DNA from: Girardia tigrina | Lineage: Eukaryota | Direction: 5' to 3' | Length of the DNA stretch: 64,000 nucleotides | NCBI GenBank assembly: GCA_001938485.1 | Contig: MQRK01231528.1 | Coordinates: 1-64,000 of the forward strand | Shown here: piece after piece, positions 1 to 13,895 of the stretch | How the letters are laid out: every line of letters begins with the position of its first letter | Position numbering within the stretch: position 1 is the first letter of the stretch | Translations under genes and position numbers: made by a program | Notes under the pieces: model-generated | Told to the model about the DNA's origin: nothing | Databases searched by the model: none | Seen by the model: the letters and a program-made list of their open reading frames with translations, nothing else

Positions 1-369
1 GGGGGGGGGTGTAGGCAGAATGCCCATTTTTACCCTACTTGTTTTTAAACCCACATTGATGTTGTTAATATTAATCGACTATAAAGATAAGATTATATGT
101 GATAAATATACAATAAATATACAATAAATATACAATACCAAAAATAAATATATCTTGAAACATAGACACAAGCAGGAAGAGCAATTTTACGTAGTAAGTG
201 TTATATCAATTTTATTCTTAATTGCATTTCTAACACAGAAACAATTACTTATTACAAATGCAAGTTAATAAAGTAAAAAATTACGTTATGGTTATTAACC
301 ATTAAAAAAATCAAAATCAAAAACATAAAAAATAAAAAAATAAAAAATATAATAATAATAATAATAAAT

Positions 370-780
370 CCAAGCAGTACAAAGAGTAGAAACAAAGAGA
401 CGTGCTGGACCTTTGAATTTGAACATGGAACATGATATGCCAGTGTCCTCCGGTGTAACTGATGAGGATTGTCCATATTTTTTATTATCCATAGTGTGGT
501 GCTGAGTTTTCGACTGGATAATGTAATCGATATGGGTGTGTTTTATTGTCCATTTCTCCTTCCCACTAAGTGCGTGTATGTAGCCAAAAGTCTTCAGAAT
601 CATGGAGCAAAGGAACATGACCAGTCATTTCTCAGTAGAAGCCAAAGCTCGTACATTGAAAGCTCTTTAAGCCGAAGCTGTGTGATAGGATCAGAAAATA
701 ATGTTTTTATCAAATCGTTTCTACCTCACAAAGAGTCTATGATTCACTACCCTATGCACCAATCGTGAGTAGTTTTGTAA
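370..780 (-). mobile_element. possible highly decayed piggyBac transposase C-terminal remnant
   Basis: Broken minus-strand frames read 'CIG**IIDSL*GRN' and 'LSMYELWLLLRND', loosely like piggyBac 'MGGVDLLDSLIGRY...VVNAWLLYRR'. Very degenerate. Confidence 0.25.
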
Positions 781-1976
781 TACACAGTAACCCGTCACAG
801 TCTAGGGAGGCTTATATATCTGTATTAATACATCCAGTTAATAAAGACGACATTTTCCAGTTTTATTTTACGTATTTTTTGAGAGTATTTGCATGTTTTG
901 GGGTTCTTTTATTCATTGATAGCCAATTTAGGAAAAAATACAACTTTTACATAAAGAAATATTTTGATTATCCTTTAGATATGGACATTTAATTATATTA
1001 TCCTTTTCATATGTAGCGCAGCACAAAATCCTTATTTCACTTTGTAAAGTGTATAAAGAATAAGATTTATTATTTTTTATTGCCTTTCTTCTACATTAAA
1101 ATAGAAAGCGTATGAAAAAAGTGTTTCATTAATTTGGACAAAAATTTGTTTTCAAAATTTCTTTTTAAATATTAATATATGGCCCATATATAAATGACGT
1201 CACTGGTCGCTTTGCAATTCTATTTAACACTTTATTTGAACCCAATAAATTAATTAAAATAAATTAAATAGATAAAAGTAATTAAAATAAAAGCAAAAAA
1301 TTAAATAAATTAAATTAAATGTAAACATTAAAAATAATTAAATTAAATATATATAAGTATATATATAAATTTATATGTGAGATCATTACGTTCATATGGT
1401 GTTGTTATGATTGCCGCTTTAATTAATTATGAGTCGATTTTGTTTCGATTTCAGCTCGCTCAGTGATACTCAATTCCAGTTCCATCGAAAATAATTTTTT
1501 TAACAAAAATTCGCAAATTTTCTGCTAATTCGAATTAGCTAATTTTATAATTTATAACTTGATAGATTTAAACAAAGATTCCTTTGTTTAATTTACAATT
1601 TGCTTTATTTGTAATTCGTGTTCATTTTGAACACGTGAATTTGAATTGACCAATTGGGTCATGTATTGTGAATGTAATGCGTATTTTGTAAGTCAATTGA
1701 ATGAGTGAATATTGATTCTAATTGGATTGTCATGGGTATGTGTGTTGTGTGAGAGTTTTTTTGATCAATTTGGTTTTACAATTTTGGTTTTTGTGCAAAA
1801 AAATAATTGTCACAATTCGTAAAAAATAAATTTGTTTAAATGAGTCAATGGCAATAAATAAAGTTTTTGAAAAAATTAAATTCTCCTTTAATATATGAAA
1901 ATATTGCTGATCAAAAATGATGAAAATTAGCGAAGCAATGTTTAAAAAATAAAAAAAAATTACGTCATTTTGCTGA

Positions 1977-2262
1977 TTGCTCAATTTAATTAAAAAAAAT
2001 TCATTTGAAAGAATTAATGCTGTTGAAAGAAGTAATGTTTTGGTCGTTGGAGCAGGCGGTAACGGATATGATTTGCTAAAGAATCTCGTAATGTGGTGGT
2101 TCAAAGGCATCACTGTGTTCGATTTAGACACAGTCGATGTGAGTGATTTAAACAGACAGTTTTTGTTTCGCAAAGAGCGTGTAGGCAAATCTAAAGCTTT
2201 GACCGTAAAAAAGTGTCTTAAAGTTTAATCCCGATGTAAATATCGAGGCGAAACACGACGAC
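1977..2262 (+). pseudogene. UBA2: N-terminal fragment of SUMO-activating enzyme subunit 2 (UBA2/SAE2), frameshifted and truncated
   Basis: VLVVGAGGNGYDLLKNLV...DLDTVDVSDLNRQFLFRKERVGKSKA matches the UBA2 adenylation domain (VLVVGAGGIGCELLKNLV...DLDTIDVSNLNRQFLF). It continues after a frameshift as KFNPDVNIEAKHDD (2221-2262), then similarity stops. Confidence 0.85.
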
Positions 2263-2620
2263 TTTAACTCGAATATTCCGAGTATTCAAACGAGACTCAT
2301 TACAAGCGCAATTCAGTAACGATAACGACTTCATAAATCGACCGATTAAAATAAAAAATATTATTAATTTTAAAAGTGACGATAATAAAAATAATAATTC
2401 TAGTAAACCGAGAGATAATAAAAGATCATTTCAGCCTGTTTCTAATGATAACTCACACAATCAGGCTCAAAAAGTCATAGATTTCAGCAACAAAATCGAT
2501 ATGGGCGTACGAATATTCAGTTTGAAATTGAGTAGAGCTCATCAAGTTTCGATTTTGTTAAATAGAAAAGTCAATGGAATTATTTTTGAGGTAGTCGGCC
2601 AAATCGAGAATATCGAAAGA

Positions 2621-3091
2621 AAGTCTCCAACGGGAATCGTACATTTCGATATTAAAGAGGGCCATTTTGTTCAGAAATCGAATTTCTGCAATATGGACGA
2701 GATCGATGCCGATTTGAATGCGAATGTTTATTTATTTATTTATCGATTTATCGAACTGTTAAATTCGGCCGTGAAATTGTTTCAATGTTTAAAGATTTCG
2801 ATAATCACCGATAAATCAATCAATATTTGGTCGATGAAATATACGTCAAACAATGCTTCAAAGAATCAGATGGAATTGTCTTGCAGAACGTTAAACAACT
2901 CATCAATACCTCAATTTAGTCATGGGATCAGTTATCTTTCTATTACTTCAGACAGTCAATTATGGGTGATCGATTCCCTGGACAAGAAGGTTCGCACTTA
3001 TCTACAGACTGACCTGATACAGCGAGTGTTAGATCTCCACGGTCACACGGAACCCGTGATCGCTATCTCAATTCGATACGACAACGAACTT
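2621..3091 (+). pseudogene. WDR3: internal WD40 fragment resembling WDR3/UTP12/DIP2, inside chimeric ORF 2501-3331
   Basis: TDKSINIW...ISYLSITSDSQLWVIDSLDKKVRTY...LDLHGHTEPVIAISIRYDNEL is colinear with WDR3 'ADKSVKFW...VLCVSYSPNQKLLAVSLLDCTVKIF...LSLYGHKLPVICMDISHDGAL'. The flanking parts of the ORF are unrelated. Confidence 0.6.
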
Positions 3092-3328
3092 CATATGTCC
3101 TTTCTCATGAGCGATACGTCATTGAAGCCACTGATCAAGTCGCTAACCGTTCCCGTTCACGGCAAGTATTCAGTCTCGAACATTTTGCAGTCTCAACTTG
3201 GAAAAGTAAAAGAAGCACTCGAATATCATTTCCCGTCGATTCCGATTGAACCTCTCGAGTTGAAAGTTGGTAAAGAAACCAAAAAACCCTCCGCTGAGAT
3301 ACAACAGTCACAAAAAAACGAGTTTTTA

Positions 3329-3383
3329 TAATAATAATAATCGTAATCATAATAATAATAATAATAATCGCAATCATAATAAA

Positions 3384-3419
<36 letters not shown>
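3329..3419. repeat. (AAT)n microsatellite
   Basis: Imperfect AAT run read directly. Confidence 0.9.
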
Positions 3420-4280
3420 TAATGGAGCAAATGAATCTTATTAAACTAGAAACTCTTTTCTAAATAATTCTTAATTTTCCTAAATTATTTTTTTCATAAA
3501 AGTAATTGAATATTTGATATATATTTCTAAAATAGAATTAATTTCTTTTTTTATGTATGGCAATCAACAAGAAAAATTTTAAATATTATTTTTCAAAAAC
3601 TTTTAATTGAACAAATAAAAGTTCAGAATTAATTATGTCAAGAAAATTTTAACAAAATAAATTTTCTTTCCAAGTAAAAAAAATAAAATTAATATTATAA
3701 AGGATTTTTAAATTTTTCATTTTAAATTTTTGGCTTTTTTATTTTGATAATTGGAATTTTTTATTTATTTTGTTCTTTTATGGAAACTTATTTCACTAAA
3801 TTAGTAAAATGATAATTATGAAAAAAAATTCTACTTATCTTTTATTATTTAATTTGAAAGTGCTTTTTACTTAAGTTAATTTAAATTAATAATATTAAAA
3901 ATATTATTTTTCAAACACTTTTAATTGAACAAATAAAATCACAGAAATAATAAAAGTTTATGGCTTCCATACATGTGATGATATTGCCCTCTGCACCTTG
4001 CAATTTCAAATTCACCTGATTCTAGATGTTAAATATGTCGGAGACGTATGTCAGTTTCAAAAGAAATTCATGGTTCTCGAAGTAGTTGCTCTCGATTTGT
4101 AGGAGTTATTGGACTTTTCCACGCAGCTCATACAATCTACCAAACACATGCCCCTTGAAAGCCATCGAACTTCTCTATGTAGTGTAAAAGTGATTTTACT
4201 AACAAATAAACGTATATAGTAAAACCACTTAACAATTTTCAACCAGAATTTATTAAATCAATCAAATTGTACTATTGATC

Positions 4281-4463
4281 TCATTGTACAAAAACTCTCA
4301 ACAAAGTTGTAGAGAGTGCAGTTTGAACGTTAATTTTAGGATCCAAAGATCTAATATATAACGCTTCACATGTCACTCTCTCCCAATAATTTTTAAATTG
4401 AGTGCACAGAATTTTAAAGTGTTGTGAAGTTATATCTCCTTTACAATTTCTTCTATGTCGCAC
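4281..4463 (-). mobile_element. Penelope-like element GIY-YIG endonuclease C-terminal fragment
   Basis: HFKILCTQFKNYWERVTCEALYIRSLDPKINVQ is the typical PLE 'F.IL...R...EAL.I....P.LN.Q' ending. Confidence 0.8.
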
Positions 4464-4536
4464 AGACTTGTGCGATGCTCGAGATTCTCGGGCATCCTAT
4501 GTGCATGGGTGCAGTGCATAACATCTGCCAATTACA

Positions 4537-5141
4537 GCATTATTTTCTCCGACAAATCAAAAGCGATTGACAAATGTTTCCAATGTGAAACAAACAGTAA
4601 AAACCGATAGAAAAAGTCGTCGATTTGAAATAGCGTATTTTCCGAATAAAGTGATCGCTTGGCGACAAAAACTTGAATTTCAAATTCAAACTCTGCAAAA
4701 CGAGCTGATTTACACGAATGTGTCGAAAATGAAAATCGCGAGCAAAGACAATTCGAAAGACGCTTTTCAAACGACGAATGTTTTGGAGATTTATAAAATT
4801 ATATTGGAGAAAGGAGAGCTCAAATCGATAGAGAAAAAGAGACAATTTGTGGTGGATAATTTAATTAAAGATGTCGCAAAAATTGTGACTAGTAAAACGT
4901 TGAATCAAAACTATGCTTTCCACCGGGTGTGATAAAAAAAATGGTTCACGATTGTCACATCAATTTGAAACCGAATAAATCCACAAAACAACAATCTCTC
5001 GACGTTATTCGAATTTTGATAAATAAATTGATTGTTCCGATCGATGCCGCTCTTTTATCTATCAACATTATTGCGACACAAAAACAAATTAAATCAATCA
5101 AAAGAGAATTATTGAGTTATTGTGTAAGAATGAATTTGTAA
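4537..5141 (+). pseudogene. SBDS: 5' two-thirds of ribosome maturation factor SBDS/Sdo1, no ATG, frameshifted
   Basis: LFSPTNQKRLTNV...RRFEIAYFPNKVIAWR...YTNVSK...DAFQT...IILEKGEL, a frameshift near 4920, then KPNKSTKQQSLDVI. Colinear with SBDS. Confidence 0.88.
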
Positions 5142-5149
5142 GAACGAAT

Positions 5150-6166
5150 TGGTAAGAACGAACAGATATCTCATCTCAAAATGCATTCGATCTTGGTTTA
5201 ATGTTCCTGGACAAGTTCATGGTTTAATGTTCATTGCCTCATTGCTCAATACATCACCACAAAGAAATCATTCCGGCTTGATTTTATTAACATTAGATTC
5301 TATGAAACTAAACATCAAATCTTCCACACTGTAGCAACGAGTTTTTTCCAGGCCTGTTGTTGAATGCTTTGTCATTGTCATATACAGCTATAGCTAGATT
5401 ATGATTGTATATTCAAACACAAAGAGATAAAGGATAATTATAGCTACATGTGAGAAATACTTTCATTTAATTCGATATCAAAAAAATCTACTCTCATTAG
5501 TTAATGACTTTCAATCGGTACTTCACATCTTCCCTTTACACTCGTCACATTTTAGCTTACTCTCCTATACATGTACACTTGCATATTCACTTACTATTAT
5601 TATTTAACTTTGTTATTCAACTTTAATAGAATAGGCGCCGCTAATACAGACAAACCTATTTATTTTTAGAGAAATATTCCCACAAGCGGATATCCAATAA
5701 GAATGTTTGGCACTCCAAACCGTTAAAAGCTGTATACAGCAGGAAGGGGGAATGAATCGTAGGTGCATTTACACCCTAGGCGCTTAGGGATCTACTTAAA
5801 TTTCTAATGTGAGCGTAAGAGTAATCCATTTCTAATGCATTTACACTTTCTTTATCAATAGAATAGCCATACGTAAATATATTAGAAAATCTTTAATTCC
5901 CACTGCTGCTTTAAGTATTAAACTTTCGACCACCATGAGCTGCAAACGAATGAAATAATATATATCCATCTTTTACTTTTAAAATGACTTGATCATTAAC
6001 AAAATTAAGACATTTTAGTTATAAATATATGTATGGATATCCAACTATAATATTGTGAACTTTCAAAAAATAGACGAATCCTTTGTGAACCCTAACAGCC
6101 TGATGTAACATTCTAGCGTTTTGTGGACCCCGAACGGGTCCACGGACCAAAGATTAAGAAACACTG
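5150..6166 (-). mobile_element. hAT (Buster/Charlie) transposon left end with decayed BED-finger N-terminus
   Basis: Minus-strand terminus CAGTGTTTCTTAATCTTTGGTCCGTGGACCC at 6166, flanked by GTTTAGAA (NNNTANNN Buster-type target). Minus-strand remnant 'RCYSVEDLMFSFIES...FLCGDVLSNEAM' at about 5235-5345. Confidence 0.65.
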
Positions 6167-6339
6167 GTTTAGAAAATATTTCTCTTTATTTTAATTATAG
6201 CACTCACAATTTTAAATATTTAAAATTAATATATAAATTATATAAAAAAATAAATATTTAAAACTATTATCCATTAAAATAAAATGTAAATAAAATTTAA
6301 TAAAAAATAAAATAAGTTGAAAAATATGTTTTGTAATAA

Positions 6340-6790
6340 ATCAAAATCTCATTTTAGTTTGTGATCAAAAGTTGTTTGTATAATATATGCACATGTAATT
6401 GGTGCAATGCTACATATACTGGAGAGACTGTCGGTCATCTTTACAAAGGAGTCCATGAACATTGTTATGAAAGGGATAAAAGTAATATTGCTGAACAAAA
6501 AAAACTTGTAAATGTAACTTAAGTATAGATGATTTTATAATTTTGTGCAAGTATTTTAATAGCTATTGGTAAAGGGTGTGGTGTGAATCATTGTTAATGA
6601 AATCTGGTTATCCTAAAATCAATGTTCAACCACTTTGTTAAAGTTTTCTATTAATTCTCCGTAATAGATTACACAACCATGCATTTAACATATCAAAAAT
6701 AAAAAAAACTCATATTCAATGATCTGAAAAAGACGGTAACACTGTAGAAATATATTATCATAAAATATATTTAAAAATGACGTTCCTTTT
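6340..6790 (+). mobile_element. Penelope-like 3' end (GIY-YIG remnant and degenerate hammerhead)
   Basis: CNWCNATYTGETVGHLYKGVHEH, followed by ATGAT-CTGAAAA-AGACGG..CTGTA-GAAA-TATA-TT-ATCAT at 6719-6761. Confidence 0.7.
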
Positions 6791-8427
6791 AGTTTTTTTA
6801 AAGTGTTGTTATTGTTTAAATTTATAATAATTATAATTTTCAATAGGTATGAAATAATAATGGTGTCTAAATGTCCTAGCGTCGAAATGGCAGCGTTCAC
6901 ATGTACACCTACATAGATGTCCATATTCATGCTGTATTAAATTAAATATTAAAAATCAGAAAAACAATATTTACCACAAATTTAAAAAACTAAGTATTTA
7001 TTGATAACAATTATAAATTATTTATAATACTTCTTCAAAATTATTATTATTATCATTATTAAAATAATTTTTTGATATTTAAAAAAAAAATAATTTTATA
7101 TTTCTATGGATTTAAGATTTTTGTTGATCGTAAACACTTATTTATATCATATATTGATCTACTTCTAGAAGAGAATCAACCTTAAATAATTCTGAATAAC
7201 AATCTGATAGATTACACTGATTCTGGGAGAGAGAAATATTTTCATAATTCATCTTTTCTTATAGAAATTTATTTATTGATAAAATAAGGAAATAATAAAG
7301 AAAACCTTACTGACATACACAATTTATAAATATTCTTTATCTCGATGTGATCTTTTTAATTTTTGTCGGATGAAAATTAATTTTTTCCCTTAGAAAAATA
7401 GGACGGTCAAAAAAATGGATTGCTCTAAAATTTCTTTTTCATTTTCAAATAATGTCTTTTATCACAAAAACCTTTTCTTGAATATTTTTGGTATTTTGGT
7501 CAGCTTCCTCAATTGTATTGTTGATCTGGTTGATTTTTGATCTGATTTATTCGATGGGATTCTGACGATTTCGACGCCGTCCAGTTTGTGATCCTTATTG
7601 AGAAGTCTAGTTAGCCAAACTTCTGTTTTTATAAGTCTTTTAATGGTACGGAAAAATACAACTTTTCAAATGTACAAGTTTTTTAACCGGTGACAATCAA
7701 ATTTATAAAATATATATGCTTGAAATACACAAAACGCTTTCGATTTTTTTGAGAGAAAGTTTTGAACTTTGCATGCCATGTGAATTACTTTGACACTACG
7801 TATATTCAAACAAATACTCTTCTAAAATGCTTTAAATTTTTCAGAATACCGTATTTTTATGATTTGTTTGTTCTATTTAATGTTTTCAGACGATTTTTTT
7901 CCGTAACAGACGATTATTCGTAGAGATGATTTTCCCCTGCTTTCTCATATAACTGATATTATGTCCTTTAGGTTTTCCAGAATCAGAAATGACACGTTCG
8001 AAATATTAAATATCTGAAAATGAAACCAACACGTAATAATCTTCTTTTTACCTTTCTACAACTATACTCTCCTATCACAAATGTCTTGTCTCTTTTCCTA
8101 TCAAATCCCAAATCTTATTTTGCTGATTTAGCTTATTTATATACAAAATTAATTTATTTAGCTACTAAGTCTATTCATATATCTTCTAATTTATTACTAA
8201 TTACAATCAATATCCCTCTACAAATTATATTTTATACGTATTAAAATTTATCGTCTGGAATCAATTATTTATCTTATAAATTAATTTATTTATCTACTGT
8301 GATTATTCATACCTATTATGATATATATATATATATATATATNNNNNNNNNNNNNNNNNNNNNNNNNNNNNNNNNNNNNNNNNNNNNNNNNNNNNNNNNN
8401 NNNNNNNNNNNNNNNNNNNNNNNNNNN

Positions 8428-9230
8428 AATAATGGGTACAATAAAAATTATTTAAATAATTTGATAAAAAATACAATTGACTCAATTCGTGAAAAATCTA
8501 ATAATAAAAATGAAAACATTATAAATAATGATATTAGTAATGTAATGAAAACAATAAATTTAAAATTACCATTTTCTGAAAGCGCTTTTGATTTGAGGAA
8601 AGGTCTAATGAAAAACGTTCCTTCGGGTTTTAATTTGCGGGTGATCTTTATAAGTAATAAACTATCGAAATATTTCTCAAATAAATCAAAAACTTCTTAG
8701 GGTGTCCAAGCTAATCTAGTATATCAATTTAAATGTCACAAGTGTGAATCCTTGTACATTGGAGAAACAAATCGTCATCTCCGCACTAGAATAGCTGAGC
8801 ACACCCAATTGAGTAGGAATAGCTCGATTCTAGATCACATTAAAAAAAATTCAGAAATAGAGATAATAATGAATAACTATGAAACAACTAATGAATAACT
8901 ACTAATGAATAAAACAACTATGAATAACTAATAATAACTATGAAACTGAATTTACAGTTTTGAAGAAAAATTTTGACACATATCATGAGAGGATAGTCAC
9001 TGAGGCATTATTAATAAAGCATTTAAAACCATGCTTAAATGTTGAAAGTGAATTATCCAATCATATTAAAATCTTTTAATATTAATTCAAAAAAAGATTA
9101 ATTGCGTAAGTCAATGTGCCATATAAATGACTTGTAATTTGAAATTTACTTCACAACTGATGATTCCGTAATGGCGAAACATGTTTTGAGAAATAAAAAA
9201 CTTTTAAAATGGCGTTTGTTATTCATTTTC
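8428..9230 (+). mobile_element. Penelope-like element 3' part (RT thumb, GIY-YIG, pLTR)
   Basis: NNGYNK...LKLPF...LRVIF...*GVQANLVYQFKCHKCESLYIGETNRHLRTRIAEH...EALLIKHLKPCLNV. Ends in a hammerhead motif and (TA)n. Confidence 0.88.
9150..9192 (+). ncRNA. minimal Penelope-type hammerhead ribozyme motif (probably inactive, GUU site)
   Basis: TTCACAA-CTGATGA-TTCCGTAATGGC-GAAA-CATG-TT-TTGAGAA: both core boxes and a palindromic stem III (ACATGT). Confidence 0.65.
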
Positions 9231-9249
9231 TTTATATATATATATATAC

Positions 9250-9288
<39 letters not shown>

Positions 9289-10310
9289 CAAAATAATTAT
9301 TTCTGTTATATTTTTTATTATACATTACTATAGTGATCATACGTATGGAGACGTCCGCTGAAAGTACGGCATCCTACTTGTCTGTTACGCAGAAGAATAA
9401 GTAATGTATAAGAATTTTATTATATATAAATAAGAATAATATCTGAGTGAAAAAATGGAAATTAATATCTTTTGATTTGTTAATTATATTAACAAATTGA
9501 ACGGACGAAATGAGAACAGAAACCTCAACTCAGTAATGGGAAATAAATCATCCGCAGAACTATCAAAATGGTATTTGATTATCCAAAGAATAATAAAGTT
9601 ACAAATCTGGAAAAATATTTTTTTTGTTGTTTATTATGATTAAGCTACGATAATGTATAATTGAGGAGGATGTAGCATCATAGTGAGAATCGTAATGATG
9701 CGTTGAGATATTTATAGATAGTGACTTTTCAATCTCTTCAGATTCCTATTTTTCCAGTTAATAGTATATTTTAAAAAAATACATTTTTTATACTTGGAAT
9801 AAACTATTGATGAATAATTTTAATGAATAATAAGTTATAAAAGCAGTACACTTGACTGATAAATTAAATAATAATAGTTCAATCCACAAATTCATATATT
9901 AATTTATATGAAATATTTACAATTATACAAAAGTTATGTTAGAGATTAAAAATGAAATTAAAATTTTTGATACATAAAATTATTTTTTTAAAAAAAAAAT
10001 TTTCCTAGAAAATTTAAAAAAAATTAAGTTTAATAAATTTAAACACATTATTTTAAAGCATATAATAGTATTGGTTACATATTGGGCTTTTGTCCGGCCA
10101 AGAATATTTTTACTAAAATTGTTTGCTAATCTAAATAAAATGTTTTCTTAAATTCAAAAAAAAGATATTTAAAAAAATATGATAAAATATAAAAAATAAT
10201 ACTAATAAAATAATTAAATAAAATATATCAAAAGTAATATTTCTTAATTGTGGTGTTTTTTAATTCGGCCACCGGTCTTTTCATTCAACTTTGTTTAATA
10301 AATATATTTT

Positions 10311-10366
<56 letters not shown>

Positions 10367-10554
10367 ATTTATATCGCTTTTATTTTCTCTATTTATAATT
10401 TCGTTTTAAAATTTAAACTTTATAAAAGAAATTATTAATTTTGATACAGTAATACGTTTAAACTGAATTTTTAAATCGATTAAATAAATGTTGTTTAAGG
10501 AAATTATTTTAATAATAAAACTATTTTTAAAAAACAAAAAACGATCATCAGAAT

Positions 10555-10600
10555 TTATTGTGATCAATTTCGACGGATCGACCGTCATCATCAGACTGAA
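10555..10600 (-). ncRNA. minimal hammerhead ribozyme with intact core
   Basis: Minus strand CTGATGA-T-GACGG-TCGAT-CCGTC-GAAA-TTGA-TC: perfect 5-bp stem II and an AUC cleavage triplet. Confidence 0.7.
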
Positions 10601-10960
10601 TTAACAATGATATACTCGCGTTTATATATCAAAGCAATGTTTATGTAATCATAATGTCATTTAAATCATGAAAATACTTTCAATAAAGTTGAAGAGGATG
10701 GTGTTTGACATTGATTTTAGGATCAAAAGATTTGATCAACAATGCTTCACATATCGCCCTCTCCCAGTAATTATCAAATTGTGAACACAAAATCTTAAAA
10801 TTACTTACATCAACTTTACTAGCGATTCTGTCCTGGGAAGTGTTAATCATTGAAATTACTAGTCTCACAGGAAGGTCTCATGTTTTTTAAAAATAGTCTA
10901 TCATCATTTTTTAAATATTTATATGAATCTTATCCTACTGCAATCAAAACTATTTTTAAG
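10555..10960 (-). mobile_element. Penelope-like 3' end (GIY-YIG C-terminus and hammerhead)
   Basis: NFKILCSQFDNYWERAICEALLIKSFDPKINV, followed by a hammerhead at 10562-10594. Confidence 0.8.
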
Positions 10961-12154
10961 TAAAAATTTCGAAGAATATATTATGGTAAAAATCTAGATA
11001 ATAAAATCATTGAAAATAATTCATATCTATAAAATTAATTTGAATAATTATAATTTATCAATTTAACGAGATGTCAAATTACAAAAGTTTTTCCAAGAAT
11101 TGTCCCAAAGACAATTTAAACTATGATAAAAATGGAATTTAACATAAAACGTAAAAATGGTTTTATAATTCAATTATCCAAAATCTTGATTAATTGATTA
11201 TTAATTGATAAATATTAAGTCCGTCCCTCTACGGCGTTTCTAGAAAACTGTAACCAAAAAGGTACAAGATCAAATATCAATATTAAAAAAACTACAGTCT
11301 TACTCTTCCAGTAATTTCGAAAAATTTAATTAACTCATATAACGATTTAATAAAAATTAAATTTGTTTTTTTATAACATTTTCATTTTAGAGGGAAAATA
11401 TTTTCAATAATTTTCATTTGTCTCAGCTCAATTTTCTACTTGGATAAACTGGAAATTATTTTCTGAGAGCATAAAAGAAACACCAAAAAAAATCAATAAA
11501 TTTTTATAAAACAAATTAATTTTTCTAAGTAAAAACAATGTTAGTGTTTAAAATTAATTAATTATTAAAACAAATAAATATAATTTTTAAAAGAGATTTC
11601 TGGTACATTTTGTTTACATAGGCCTTTGCTGTCATTTTTGTAATAAATTAAATATTAATAGCGAAATGTTTGGATTATTTTTTAAGACCATGCTTTAACG
11701 TTTCTGATACATTATTTAATTCGATGAAATATTTATTAATGTTGTTTTTTGGCAATATTAATTTATCTTTTATAAACCCTCTGACTAAACATGACTAGTT
11801 GAGTTGGGTATCACTATTTTTATAAGAATTAAAAAAATAATGGTAAAGTTAAGGGCGGATTGTTGGCTTATGAAGTACGGGTTATTTTGTTTAGATGTTA
11901 AGGATTCTAAAATGATCTTTCTTTTATAATATCATTTATCATGATAATTTATAAATAGTGATTAGGACTTTAAACTCTTAAAATAAGGAAGAATGACTCT
12001 TGTACGTGCAAATGATCATTGTCAATTTCCATGATTCTAAACTTTAAGATGAGCAATTGTGGACATCACCGTTTTGTTATTTATTGTTTTCGTAATGTTA
12101 GTTATTATATGTGAAGTTAGATTTGATTATTCATAGGAGAAAACAATTTTGATG

Positions 12155-13413
12155 TTAGCCTGATGCAAAAGAGATGTCGTTTTTTAACCATCAACTTTAA
12201 ATGAACATAACTTTTTTTAGAATTAACTTTATTAGTCAAAATAAAAACCCATTACATTGAACACACTGTTACCAAAGGGTAACAAGTTTTTTATTCCAGT
12301 TTCATAAAATTCTGGAGTTCTGGAGGGATGAAGTCGTCCAAGGCTCTGTCAGCATCTTCTTGATTTCTGAAACATTTTTTTGCGAAGGAACTGGCTGAAA
12401 TGTTTGAAAAGGTGATAGTCTGTAGGAGAAAGATCTGGTTAGTACGGTTGACGAGGCAGAGTTTCATATTCCAGTTCGTTTAAGTTCAGCATGGTCTTTC
12501 TTGTAACACGTGAACGAGCATTGTCATGCAGAATAATTAGCCCCTTTCTATTGAGTAATGCCGGCCGTTTTTTTGTAGTTTTTGGTTCATTTTGTCAATT
12601 TGCTAACAATACTTTTCCGCTGTAATTGTTTCATTTTGTTTTAGGAAGCTGTAATGGATTAAACCGTGTGCGGATCACCAAACAGTTACCATGACTTTTT
12701 TGGTGTAATTTTGACTTCAGGAAAGACTTTGGAGCCTCACTGAAATCCAACCACTGAGCTGAACGTCGCCGGTTATCATATAGGATCCATTTTTCATCGC
12801 ACGTTACAATTCGATCCAGAAACGGGTCGCTTTGATTACACAAAAGAAAAGAAGAACATACGTTAAAACGACGATTTTTTTAATTTTCGTTTAATTCCTG
12901 CGGCACCAATTGTCCAGCTTTTTCACTTTCCAGATATCCTTCAAATAGCGAACAACTGTTGATTGGAGAACGTTAAGTTCTTGAGTGACTTCCCGTGATT
13001 TTTTATGCGGGTCGGCATTGATTAACTTTTTTAAATGGTCGTCGTCAACTTGTGATGGTCGACTACCGTTTTCTTCATCTTCAAGGCTCTCGTTGCCACA
13101 ACGAAACTTAGAAAACCAACGTTGTACGGTTCGTAAATTAGTGGTATTTTGTCCAAATATATTGTTGATATTCAGAGTCGTTTCTGTCGCTTTTCGACCT
13201 AGTTTGAAATCGTAGAATAAAATTGTTCTCATTTCCTTCTTTTCTAACATTTCTAAAATAAAATAAATACACCTTAAATTAACAACAATGGTGTTAAAAG
13301 TTTAAGATTTAAAGTAAATTTAAATATGAATCTATTTATTAATGATTTTTTAAATATTTTAAACAATGAATATTAAATACATTAAAAACGAAATTTCTTT
13401 TGCATCAACCTAA
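12155..13413 (-). mobile_element. full-length decayed mariner (Hsmar1/cecropia-like)
   Basis: TIRs TTAGCCTGATGCAAAAGAGATGTCGTTTT and AAAACGAAATTTCTTTTGCATCAACCTAA+TA. The transposase MLEKKEMRTILFYDFKLGRKATET...IVTCDEKWILYDN is broken by frameshifts. Confidence 0.93.
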
Positions 13414-13519
13414 TAGTTTTATTTTGGGATCCAGATAAAACAATAAAGTAAATTCGTTGCTAGAAACATTGACTGATTATATTACTGTATAAGCTAATTA
13501 AGTGCCAAATTTTGCAAAA

Positions 13520-13895
13520 TTTTGGAGATCTTGAGATCATAAATTCTATTTCTGACAATACTTCCGTCCAATCTCTATGCGTTCCATCCTTTATTCTGAT
13601 ATTAAGAGCATCTCTAATTGTTCTAAATTGTCGTTCTATAATTCCATTGGTATTGTGATGATAAGGACTGGAATAAAATACTTCTATCTTAAACTTCTTC
13701 AGTGTTTCTTTAAATAGTTCTGATTCAAATGTTTTGCATCTATCCACATGGATTTCTTTAGGTGGTCCATATTTATATATCCATCTATCCAGCAATATTT
13801 TCCGTAGCGTTTTCTCGTCTTGGTGAGCAAATGCATCCAGGCTAATATATCGGCTAAATTGATCAATTATCGCCAAAATATACTTATTAGGTTCG
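13520..13895 (-). mobile_element. Ty3/Gypsy integrase core fragment
   Basis: KYILAIIDQFSRY...YGPPKEIHVD...SSPYHHNTNGIIERQFRTIRD (rve core). Confidence 0.88.

Noticed and set aside
3580-3950. ~50-bp direct repeats at about 3580 and 3898 as LTRs
   Set aside because: AT-rich local duplication without TG..CA, PBS or PPT.
11220-11243. Helitron 3' end (CCGT..ACGG then CTAG)
   Set aside because: Only a 4-bp stem, and CTAG is followed by A rather than T.
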